DNA of 64,000 bases, from positions 1 to 64,000 of IMG/VR virus record IMGVR_UViG_3300025018_002598; one strand, written 5' to 3'. This document shows positions 46,873 to 55,545 of this stretch, piece after piece. Within the stretch, counting starts at the first letter, position 1; every line of letters starts with the position of its first letter. The notes under the pieces are model-generated. The model was given only the letters and a program-made list of their open reading frames with translations. It did no database searches and was not told the origin of the DNA. Source of the DNA: a virus (Duplodnaviria; Caudoviricetes). A program made the translations under genes and the position numbers.

Positions 46873-47850
46873 TTACATCAATACTTCGAAATAATTAAGA
46901 CCCAAAGCAAATTCAAAATTATAATCATATCCATATCCGTATGTTGTACTATAGCCGTAACCATAACCGAAATTAATTCCATATGATTGAAGACTAAAGG
47001 TTTGAGCTAAAACTATTTTAACCAAAACAGGTAATTGAGTTTTTGCATATTCCAACATTTGAGATTCTTCTGGAGTTAAAGTGATGTTAGTGTCCAATTC
47101 AAAATAAGAAGAATATGGAGCTAAAGTTCCCTCTGTCAAAGAATCTGATACTAGATTTAGTGAAATCTTTATAAATTCTGTAGTGAAAATACTCATTGTT
47201 TGAAGCAACAAAGCTCTAACAAAAGGGCTAGGGGGTCCACCTGCAATTTCATCATCGGCCCCAACATCAGACCAAGAACCTACTTTTAAGGCATTTATCA
47301 AATCAATTACAGAATCTTGCTGACTTCGAATGTTTGTTAAATTGTTTACCTGAGAAGTTAAAACAGTCACCATAGCCATTTTAATTGCATCGGTAATATA
47401 TGGATCGAAAGAAAGATTCTTGATTAATATAATCGCCTTTTTCCAATATTCTGATCCCTTACTGACTAATTCTATTTTATCCATTGAATCTTTTGCGAAG
47501 AAAGGTGTTGGAGATTCTGGTTCGATAGGTCTAATTGGTGGAGTTGGTTGCTCTCCTCTAGTCTCTACATCGGCGTCAATCCAAATACTTAATTCGTTGA
47601 CATAAATATCTAATTCTGCATTATAAATCGCAAGATCGATTTCGTAATTACTAAAATCTTCTTGATATTGTGCCATTCGACTATTAAAGTCATTAACCAA
47701 AAAAGATCTTTCAATTAGAGAGAGCTTATGTTGTGCCAAAACTCCAAGAGAAATCGCATAAGTAACTCTATCTGAAAGTTCAGTGAGATTGCCTTCGAAA
47801 ACGGGTTGTCCATAATAACGTTCTATATTCATTTTTTTGACCTCAATCAA
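46873..47850 (-). CDS. Putative virion/tail-associated protein with Pro-rich linker and C-terminal GY repeats
   Basis: PTPPIRPIEPESPTP; GYGYGYSTTYGYGYDY. Confidence 0.55.
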   Translation of the reverse strand: MIEVKKMNIERYYGQPVFEGNLTELSDRVTYAISLGVLAQHKLSLIERSFLVNDFNSRMAQYQEDFSNYEIDLAIYNAELDIYVNELSIWIDADVETRGEQPTPPIRPIEPESPTPFFAKDSMDKIELVSKGSEYWKKAIILIKNLSFDPYITDAIKMAMVTVLTSQVNNLTNIRSQQDSVIDLINALKVGSWSDVGADDEIAGGPPSPFVRALLLQTMSIFTTEFIKISLNLVSDSLTEGTLAPYSSYFELDTNITLTPEESQMLEYAKTQLPVLVKIVLAQTFSLQSYGINFGYGYGYSTTYGYGYDYNFEFALGLNYFEVLM

Positions 47851-48250
47851 TATTTATTCTTTCGTAAGATTCTGGTTTAACTTCATTCCTATTAGGAACA
47901 AGAACTTGTTCATAATAACCCTTTGCTATAATTTCAACAGAAGAGTAATCTTCAGGCATTTGTGAAATATCGAACTCCACAAGAATTTCTTGGCCTTTGT
48001 AGATCTTTATATACGACGCATCTGATTGTCTTAATCTTTTTGCTATTGGTTCAATTCTGACTTTATCACCATTTATTCTTTCTATTTCTAAATATACATA
48101 TCTAAGAACTGTAATTTCATCCTTCTCTTCTCTAATCAAATACTGACCTAGAGGAGATCGGTTCACTGACAATCTATCTTCTTTGTCTAAACTTGAATCT
48201 TTCTGGTTCTTAAGTATTTCACCTTCCAACACGTTTGAAAGAATAAGCAC
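47843..48250 (-). CDS. Hypothetical protein in tail-fibre cluster
   Basis: Co-directional, overlapping both neighbours. Confidence 0.6.
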   Translation of the reverse strand: MLILSNVLEGEILKNQKDSSLDKEDRLSVNRSPLGQYLIREEKDEITVLRYVYLEIERINGDKVRIEPIAKRLRQSDASYIKIYKGQEILVEFDISQMPEDYSSVEIIAKGYYEQVLVPNRNEVKPESYERINID

Positions 48251-50033
48251 AAAGATAACAATTTACTCCATTTATATTTATTTTCAACATTCTATAAAAT
48301 GCCCATCCACCGCCACTATTGTCGCCAAAGGGACCAACTACGACTGAATTACTTCCCTGGAATGTAGAAACATTCCAAGTTCCACCAACAGTACCATCGG
48401 TTGCTGATGTATACCCATCAAACCTCGTAAAGGCAAAGTCTAAATCATTTTGATCTAAAGTTAAACAATAGTCGGCTGAAGTGTTGTTTATTATTGCCAT
48501 GTCTCCTGTTAATGTAAGTTTGTAACTAAGAGTAGGTGTAGCGGATGTATTTCCAAAAGCCCAATTGCCAAAATAGCTAACAAAGTCAAAATCTGAAGAT
48601 GAGGAGCCAAAGTATGTATTTCCATTTGCAGGATTCAAATACAATGTATTTGCACTCGCATACATCATCTGATTATTTCCAGTATACATATCTATTCTAT
48701 TTGTTTGAAATCTAAAATAAGTATCTGTATCTCCTAAGTGATATAAATATTCAGAGAAAAAGGAAGTTGATGAAAACGTGGCAGAAGATTGCACTGTTAA
48801 TGTAGTGCTCATCAAGACTGAACTTTTAAAATTTACCGTTCCTGTAAATTCATGATTGTAATTTGCCGTATTATTGCCTCCATAACCAATATAGGTAGTT
48901 AGACTTTTTATGGTCATTACATTATTTGCACCGCCATAAACATAACACCCATCAGTAACGTTATAACCCAGAAGAACACCTTCTCCGCTGGACGTATAAT
49001 CACCAGCCTCAATTTCATTTCCTTTTATTCTCAAATTAGAAGTAAAGTTGTCAGGAGTATAAAGTGTATTGGCTGCACTTCTATAAAGTTCAACATCGGC
49101 ACCAAAGTTCAAAGGATAACTTGCAGATGAATCAGTTAAAGTTACTTCTCCACGTATTGTAGCAGTATCAGTATTGGCATTTCCTAAAGTGGAGTTTCCT
49201 AAAACTTGAAGATAACCATCAGTTCTAAGTGCAGTGCTTGCATAAAATTCTCCAGTGAAAGATCCTAAACCTACTTGTAAATAAAGAACATTGGTGGAAT
49301 CTACTGATATGTAACCAACAGAACTTAAATCGAATTTCGTAGCAGTCACTATTCCTGAAAATACTGCTGAAGTTACATCCATAGTCAATGCATCTATTGA
49401 ATTTCTTTTGACTACAAATTGATTTCCTATATTAGAAAGTGTAATAATCCCAGCAGAAGGGGAGGCGTCAGTTAGAGTTATTGTTGGATCGTCTTTCGAT
49501 ATAGTTAAATCTCCAGAAAGAGATCCACCAGTAAGTGGTAAATAACTTCCAAGATCACTAATTTGAGATTCAGTAATAATTAATGCTGCTTGATGTTGAG
49601 TAACATTTGATTGTGCTATTCTAGCATCAGCAAATGTACCTGAAGTGATATCTGTAGTAGCATGAGTATGGGTAGCGTCAGCAATTCCCGCTTCTGCCAA
49701 TGTATTATTTTCCCAAGCAGCGCCAGTCCATTTTAATATTTCACCTGTGGCAATATCGGTAATGGTAGTGTCGGTCAGGGCATCTAGAGTCGAAGATCCA
49801 GCAGCAACAGTATCATTTACCCATGCACTACCATTATAAACTAAAGACTGTCCAGTTGTTGCTCCGGTAATCGTTACATCGTCAAGCGAATCTAATATTG
49901 AAGCATTTGTTGGATCTACCCAAGTGCCATTACCATCAGCATCTGATGTCAAAACATATCCAGAAGAAGGAAAACCGCCTTCAATCTTAATAGTTCCAGG
50001 AACATAAAGTTTACCATCTACATATTTAATCAT
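48219..50033 (-). CDS. Tail fibre / fibre-like structural protein
   Basis: GYVLTSDADGNGTW; LDSLDDV...GQSLVYNGSAWVN and LDALTDT...GEILKWTGAAWEN repeats; YLPLTGGSLSGDL; Thr/Ser/Gly-rich beta repeats. Confidence 0.75.
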   Translation of the reverse strand: MIKYVDGKLYVPGTIKIEGGFPSSGYVLTSDADGNGTWVDPTNASILDSLDDVTITGATTGQSLVYNGSAWVNDTVAAGSSTLDALTDTTITDIATGEILKWTGAAWENNTLAEAGIADATHTHATTDITSGTFADARIAQSNVTQHQAALIITESQISDLGSYLPLTGGSLSGDLTISKDDPTITLTDASPSAGIITLSNIGNQFVVKRNSIDALTMDVTSAVFSGIVTATKFDLSSVGYISVDSTNVLYLQVGLGSFTGEFYASTALRTDGYLQVLGNSTLGNANTDTATIRGEVTLTDSSASYPLNFGADVELYRSAANTLYTPDNFTSNLRIKGNEIEAGDYTSSGEGVLLGYNVTDGCYVYGGANNVMTIKSLTTYIGYGGNNTANYNHEFTGTVNFKSSVLMSTTLTVQSSATFSSTSFFSEYLYHLGDTDTYFRFQTNRIDMYTGNNQMMYASANTLYLNPANGNTYFGSSSSDFDFVSYFGNWAFGNTSATPTLSYKLTLTGDMAIINNTSADYCLTLDQNDLDFAFTRFDGYTSATDGTVGGTWNVSTFQGSNSVVVGPFGDNSGGGWAFYRMLKININGVNCYLCAYSFKRVGR

Positions 50034-50090
50034 TTTTGATTTCCCTGTTCATTGTTCTTCTGTTAATGTTTACGATATTTACACTTGACA

Positions 50091-50627
50091 TTATCTCTTG
50101 TCCATAAGTTTTTTAAATTCTTTTAGATTGAAAATTCTTTTCCCTTGAAACTTTTTCTTTATCAAAAATTGGTGAGCCTTCATGTTCCACTTAGCATCTT
50201 CCAAGGCATTATGTTCGCCGCTTTTCTGTTGAGGTATTTCAGGGTCTCCCAAGTCATAAGCCATTTGTTTTATATCGTAGGTGAACATTGGGAAGTTATC
50301 TGGAAGATCAACCATCCTTCCAAAAAGTTGGCAAAAGACCACATGGTCATAAGCGCCATAATAAGTAACAAAAATAGGTTTGGGATCATCTCCAATAAAC
50401 TTAACAATTTCTTGTGCTATTTGACCATTACTTTTTCTTTTAGATTCTTCTATGTCTAATTTACTTAACACATTTTCTTTAACCCAGTCATCTGCTAAAG
50501 ATTCATCATATTCATTAGAAACAGCATAGTATTGATCGCCTTCTTCTGAAATGATTCCGATAGATACAAAATGTATAGGATTCTCAGGACCGCTTTCTAT
50601 AAATTCTAAATCCATATAATATTTCAT
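50091..50627 (-). CDS. DEDDh 3'-5' exoribonuclease, Rv2179c/RNase AS-like
   Basis: MDLEFIE (DxE), SIGII, WVKENVL, YYGAYDHVVFCQLFG, HNALEDA (H, D). Confidence 0.88.
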   Translation of the reverse strand: MKYYMDLEFIESGPENPIHFVSIGIISEEGDQYYAVSNEYDESLADDWVKENVLSKLDIEESKRKSNGQIAQEIVKFIGDDPKPIFVTYYGAYDHVVFCQLFGRMVDLPDNFPMFTYDIKQMAYDLGDPEIPQQKSGEHNALEDAKWNMKAHQFLIKKKFQGKRIFNLKEFKKLMDKR

Positions 50628-51880
50628 ATTTTATATCCCCACTTTCTTGAGGACGCTGTCTCTATTGATTGTGATATCTGTGAGCCTTCTGAGGATTCTT
50701 TTCCTTCTCTCGTAATCAAACCTCTCAATGGAGCGTATTTATCATTACCTTCCAACATCATATCTAAGAATTTAGCTTCAGCAGTTTCTGCATCACCTTC
50801 TCCAGAAGGGTCTCCTTGCTCTACTGTCATATTAAGTGCATGTTGACCTTCATGTGCAATCACTGATGCGACGGCAAGAGTTAAAGTTAATTTTTCAATT
50901 TGACTTTCACTTACATTCTCAGGAACGTCTGCTCCATTATTTATGTTTTCACGAACTTCTGAAATTAAAGATTGAACTTCTTGCATTATTCTTTCAGGGT
51001 TAACTCTAAAGGCAACTAAGTTTTTCCCTTTATCAACTTCCCAAATGCTATTCTTTATTTCTTCTGCTATTTGTTGAGATATTGTTCCGTCTGGATTTTT
51101 ACTATTTTCTATTTGATCCAACATTCTTCTTTTTATTATTTTTCTAGTTAAATCTGTTTCAGCGACACCAAGAGGTCCACCTTCCATTGTAAGTATTTCT
51201 TTATCGTCAACCTTAACTACTTGATTTGCATCGGCAATTGCTTCACTTACTATGTCTGAAGGTAAGTGATTTTGAAGATAAGCACTTTCATCAATAGGTC
51301 CATACTGAGTACTATTTAAATCTTCCCCGCCTTGAATCTCTTGTTTCAATCTTTCAACGTCCACAACTTGCTCTTGTGAAGTTCTAATCATTCCGCTAGA
51401 AAATGCCGCTATTTCATTTGTCATTTCATCATCAAAAACTTCTCGAACTAGTTCTTTAAAGTATTCTGGATTCTCTCTAACCATTTCGATAAATTCAATG
51501 TCTTCAGGATCATTTCCTAAATGCTCTAAAACTTCATCCCAATCAATCTCTTCTTTTTGTGTCATAAGCAATAAAAGAATATCCCAATCTTCTTCATCTA
51601 AATCATCCGATGGAACAAAAGTGGAATATGAATTATGTTCTGACAATTTTAAATTAAAGTCAGTTGAGCTAGTTTTGAGATAGATATCTTTCATTAAATC
51701 ATCTTTATTGTCTTCCCATATAGCCAAAAGTCTCTCTCCAGTCAAAGGTTCTCCGTTTGGATCAACTGTCCAAGGAGAATCTGAATCGACATATTTTTGC
51801 AAAAGATATCTTAATAAAACTACATTAGGATATCCATTTTGATCTAAAACTGGTTGAGAGATTTCTTCGTATTGATTCAT
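50624..51880 (-). CDS. Acidic protein with C-terminal HExxH motif
   Basis: VIAHEGQHA followed by EGDAETAE. Confidence 0.65.
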   Translation of the reverse strand: MNQYEEISQPVLDQNGYPNVVLLRYLLQKYVDSDSPWTVDPNGEPLTGERLLAIWEDNKDDLMKDIYLKTSSTDFNLKLSEHNSYSTFVPSDDLDEEDWDILLLLMTQKEEIDWDEVLEHLGNDPEDIEFIEMVRENPEYFKELVREVFDDEMTNEIAAFSSGMIRTSQEQVVDVERLKQEIQGGEDLNSTQYGPIDESAYLQNHLPSDIVSEAIADANQVVKVDDKEILTMEGGPLGVAETDLTRKIIKRRMLDQIENSKNPDGTISQQIAEEIKNSIWEVDKGKNLVAFRVNPERIMQEVQSLISEVRENINNGADVPENVSESQIEKLTLTLAVASVIAHEGQHALNMTVEQGDPSGEGDAETAEAKFLDMMLEGNDKYAPLRGLITREGKESSEGSQISQSIETASSRKWGYKI

Positions 51881-52179
51881 GAAATCAATCCTTCCTCCAT
51901 TAGCATAGAGGCTGTAGACATATGAGATTGAGTCATCTGACTAAATAAGCCGCTACTTAGCATATTGCTTAACATCTCATATGATTCTGTTACAATCTGT
52001 GGATCTATACCTTTTGTATTTGCAAATTCAGCAAGAGCATTTTGAACATTTCTCTCTAAATCTGATTCATCAATAGAGTCAATCTCTTGAGCCTTTTTTT
52101 CAAAAGGATTTACGGAACTTATTGATCCGAAATTAGATGACATCATGATGCCTTTACCTTGGGTGTTTGACGAACTCAT
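51877..52179 (-). CDS. Hypothetical protein
   Basis: Contains KKAQ motif; true start uncertain. Confidence 0.6.
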   Translation of the reverse strand: MSSSNTQGKGIMMSSNFGSISSVNPFEKKAQEIDSIDESDLERNVQNALAEFANTKGIDPQIVTESYEMLSNMLSSGLFSQMTQSHMSTASMLMEEGLIS

Positions 52180-53194
52180 AGCCAGGTGCCCTCCTAAGTT
52201 TTTTATTTCTTCTATTAACCCATCTTTCTTCTGGGTTATCTAAATAATATCCAGTCTTTGCTTTATCTAAAATTTCCCATCTTTTAGCTCTCTGTTGTTG
52301 ATTCTCTCTTTTTTTTCTTCTTAGATAAGCCTTATGGTTCTCACGCTCATTCAATAGTCTCTGAATCATTTTTGTTTGGGCGGTTTTTACAGAGGCATCT
52401 TTAGTTATGTTCAATCCAAGATAATGATTTTTGATAAATTTTTCTATTTCAGTTTCTTTGGGAATGTAAGGTAACAATCCTAATTTAGAAAACTCTTGAT
52501 AGGCTAACTCTGCATTAAACTGAAAAGCCTTCTGAACAGTTTTCTTTATCATATTGCTATTAGGATGTTTTTGCATAAAATCTAAAATCATAGGTATATA
52601 CTTTTGAACGGCTGCTTCATACTCATCTGTGGATTGTAGATCGAATTGACACTTAAAACGAATGCCACGTAAAACTCTTTTAGGATCTATAGATGTTGTT
52701 TTCATTGGATCTAAAGGAGTTCTTAATATCTTGTTTTTAATATCATCTTGAGCAAGCCCAGTGATATCAAGAATTTCTTTTGTCTCAGAATCAAGCAATA
52801 ATGTATTTATTGTAAAGTCACGAGAATATACATCTTTATTCATAGGAGTTGGTTTTACTCCTAATTTATACAACTCATCTATAATGTGAGGTACGTTGTA
52901 AAATGCATTATGGAATTCAACTTCACGTCCACTTGGCATAACTACCAAAGCGGTTCCAGAAGATTCATAGATCTGAGGTTCAGGTAATCCATATTTGGCA
53001 GCAACAAAAAAAGCCAAATCAAAAGCATTACCGTTTTGTTCGGTAACATCCAAATCTGTATCATCATCAACAGGATAGCCAGCCACCATATCACGAGGGA
53101 GACCACCTACAACATAAAGTTTCATCTGTAAATCTTTACAGACTACATTTATCTTTTCTAAATCCTGTTGTATTTCTTTAGGTATTCCTGTCAT
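52154..53194 (-). CDS. Class II nucleotidyltransferase (CCA-adding / poly(A) polymerase family), no HD domain
   Basis: LYVVGGLPRD, DLDV, SRDFTIN, DPKRVLRGIRF. Confidence 0.9.
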   Translation of the reverse strand: MTGIPKEIQQDLEKINVVCKDLQMKLYVVGGLPRDMVAGYPVDDDTDLDVTEQNGNAFDLAFFVAAKYGLPEPQIYESSGTALVVMPSGREVEFHNAFYNVPHIIDELYKLGVKPTPMNKDVYSRDFTINTLLLDSETKEILDITGLAQDDIKNKILRTPLDPMKTTSIDPKRVLRGIRFKCQFDLQSTDEYEAAVQKYIPMILDFMQKHPNSNMIKKTVQKAFQFNAELAYQEFSKLGLLPYIPKETEIEKFIKNHYLGLNITKDASVKTAQTKMIQRLLNERENHKAYLRRKKRENQQQRAKRWEILDKAKTGYYLDNPEERWVNRRNKKLRRAPGYEFVKHPR

Positions 53195-53538
53195 GAAAAT
53201 ACGACCTCTCCATCCTTTATTTCTATCTTCTTACCTTCTTTTAAATCGATCTTACTTGGCAAATCTTTATGTGCTTCTATTACATATCGAATACCATGTC
53301 CACTTGATACTGGATTTAATTGATTTTCGTTAAGATATCCTACCTTTTTAACATTAAATTCACTGTCACAAAAGATTAAGCTGATTGGAAAAGGTACGTT
53401 CTTATTCCAAAAAGAATAACTACCTACTTTTTCAAAGTCAAAGAATGCACATTCTGTCATTTTGAGTGGTTTTCTCCACATCAATCCAACTTCTCTAACA
53501 ATATCTGTATCAGCATAAACTAATATTTCAACTTTCAT
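53191..53538 (-). CDS. DUF192 family protein
   Basis: ADT...GLMWR, SFWNKNVPFPISLIF, RYVIE. Confidence 0.85.
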   Translation of the reverse strand: MKVEILVYADTDIVREVGLMWRKPLKMTECAFFDFEKVGSYSFWNKNVPFPISLIFCDSEFNVKKVGYLNENQLNPVSSGHGIRYVIEAHKDLPSKIDLKEGKKIEIKDGEVVFS

Positions 53539-54260
53539 TTTCTAGTATTTAACTCATGAAGAATTTTTTCTGCAAAAGCACTTATTTTATGTACAGGAAT
53601 TGAAGATAATGTATCACTAGCAAATCTCAAAGAATGAGAATTGTCCAAGACTCTTTTAGATAGATGAAGTATTTCGATCAACTCTTCATCACTGTAATCA
53701 TCCAATTTCTTAAATGAACCATCTTCGTTTCTAGTTGTCAAATCATAGTTCTCTATCTTGATTGGTCTAATATCTTTTTGAGCTAATTTATTCTTATCTA
53801 CAGCCAAGTATTTGGTTCCGAAAACATCTTTATTATGAACTTTGACTAAAACTCTATCTCCAAAATCATAACTATTTTTTGCTATAAGTTTTTTGGAAGC
53901 TTCTTTTCTAAAGGAACATTCTTCATCATTTAAAATAGAGTCCTTCAAAAGTTTACTTCCTTTTTGAGTCAAGGTAAATACCTTCCCTCTTCCTTCAAGG
54001 AAGCCTTTGGATGTAAGCCTACTCAATTCGTCTTGGTTGACATTAGAGGTTATTTCTATTTGATTTTTACCGATGGTCTTTGAAGTGACCCATACGTTTT
54101 TCAAAGCAGTCTTTTCCTCTTTATTTGCTGGCTGTAAACCGTACAGTTGCTCTAAGAAGGGAAATAGGCTCTGAAACATATCTTGTCCTATTTTGAAATC
54201 CTCTTTATTTCCATCGCTAAATGGCGCATCTGTAACTTTTGTAATTGGTAATGGACTCAT
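53535..54260 (-). CDS. Hypothetical protein with winged-helix-like segment
   Basis: LTSKGFLEGRGKVFTLTQKGSKLL; GGAG SD. Confidence 0.65.
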   Translation of the reverse strand: MSPLPITKVTDAPFSDGNKEDFKIGQDMFQSLFPFLEQLYGLQPANKEEKTALKNVWVTSKTIGKNQIEITSNVNQDELSRLTSKGFLEGRGKVFTLTQKGSKLLKDSILNDEECSFRKEASKKLIAKNSYDFGDRVLVKVHNKDVFGTKYLAVDKNKLAQKDIRPIKIENYDLTTRNEDGSFKKLDDYSDEELIEILHLSKRVLDNSHSLRFASDTLSSIPVHKISAFAEKILHELNTRK

Positions 54261-54273
54261 TTCATATACTCCT

Positions 54274-54567
54274 TTATTTTAATGGTGAGATAAACTCGTC
54301 TCCATATCCTTTTGGTTTTGCAAAAAATTCGTCAAAAGTAGAATGCAACCTAGTCAATACTTTTGACAATAATCTTCTTCCTGCATCAGGAAGCAACTCT
54401 CCCGTAGTCGGGTCTATTATATCTTTTAGATAATCTGTATTTGCCATATCTTCTAAAACCCTTTGATGGAATCTAAGATCTATATTTTCCAATACATATT
54501 CTTGAATTTCATTTATTTGATCTTCAGAAACAGGTGAGTTTTTATTTTCAGATATCTTGTACCACAT
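54274..54567 (-). CDS. Hypothetical protein with MWYKIS tag
   Basis: GGGGA SD; 97 aa. Confidence 0.7.
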   Translation of the reverse strand: MWYKISENKNSPVSEDQINEIQEYVLENIDLRFHQRVLEDMANTDYLKDIIDPTTGELLPDAGRRLLSKVLTRLHSTFDEFFAKPKGYGDEFISPLK

Positions 54568-54582
54568 TTTATTTCATTCCCC

Positions 54583-55425
54583 TTACCACGGTTTTGATAT
54601 ACTTAACATATGGTTGAATTGATCTCCCACATGATTTTGCCAACTATTTTGACGATACCTCATATCCGCATCTTGATTGTCAGTAGAGTATTGTTGGTAA
54701 TATCCCTCCGTTCCAGGGTTTCTATTGTGTGGCCATGAACCGTCTGACTTATGTTTATTCTTACTTTCTTGAGGATTATACCTTGGTTGTTTTTTCAATC
54801 GTCCTCTTTCTGTAAATGTATTCGAAGGTTGAATGGGTTCTTTTTTATTGATAACTTTGATATGTTTTAACTTACCATTCTTATCTCTAACCCTTATTAT
54901 TTTGAAATCTTTTCTATTCTTTTGCTTTTGTTGATCATACTCTTCTTCAAAACTATCTTTAATCCTATCCCAAGGAATTACTCTTTCATCTTGCGACAAA
55001 TCCAACCTACCTGAAGGTTGGTTTGCTGTATTGTTATATCCTGTCTGACCAGGATTTGTTGCAGGAGATGAAACTTTCATTAAGTTTAAATCTAAATTAG
55101 ATTTTCTTCTATGACGAATTCTAGATTTGTTTTTTGTAACTCTTCTCTTGTAAGGATCGTTTGTGTATCCACAGTTTTTACATTTATAGACCTCACTACC
55201 ATCTTCAAGGTGTCTGCCTTGAAACTCGAACGGATGGAGCTTAGACTTGCACGTAGGACATGCGTCCGGTTTACCTCCAGTAGGAGGAATGTTTTGATTC
55301 TGAGGACCACCGATTGAGGATGGTAGAAATGTACTTTCTATATTTCTAGTCTTTGTATCCTGGATATAGCCAGAAGAAACGCCATCGGCACCTATGAATT
55401 CATTAGCAATTTTATAATTCCACAT
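54583..55425 (-). CDS. Zn-ribbon, low-complexity basic protein with MWNYKIA tag
   Basis: CPTC...CKNCG; GAGG SD; preceded by late-promoter-like motif. Confidence 0.7.
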   Translation of the reverse strand: MWNYKIANEFIGADGVSSGYIQDTKTRNIESTFLPSSIGGPQNQNIPPTGGKPDACPTCKSKLHPFEFQGRHLEDGSEVYKCKNCGYTNDPYKRRVTKNKSRIRHRRKSNLDLNLMKVSSPATNPGQTGYNNTANQPSGRLDLSQDERVIPWDRIKDSFEEEYDQQKQKNRKDFKIIRVRDKNGKLKHIKVINKKEPIQPSNTFTERGRLKKQPRYNPQESKNKHKSDGSWPHNRNPGTEGYYQQYSTDNQDADMRYRQNSWQNHVGDQFNHMLSISKPW

Positions 55426-55491
55426 ATCTTTATACCTCTTCGAATCTACATTAATATTCTACTTTCAAAGATAATAAACCTCTAATAAAAC

Positions 55492-55522
55492 AAAAAATCC
55501 TCCCCAAAATATGGAGAGGATT
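55492..55522 (-). terminator. Intrinsic terminator after helicase
   Basis: AATCCTCCCC...GGAGAGGATT stem with a U tract on the - strand. Confidence 0.65.
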
Positions 55523-55545
55523 GATTTTTTTCATTTTTTCTTGAA

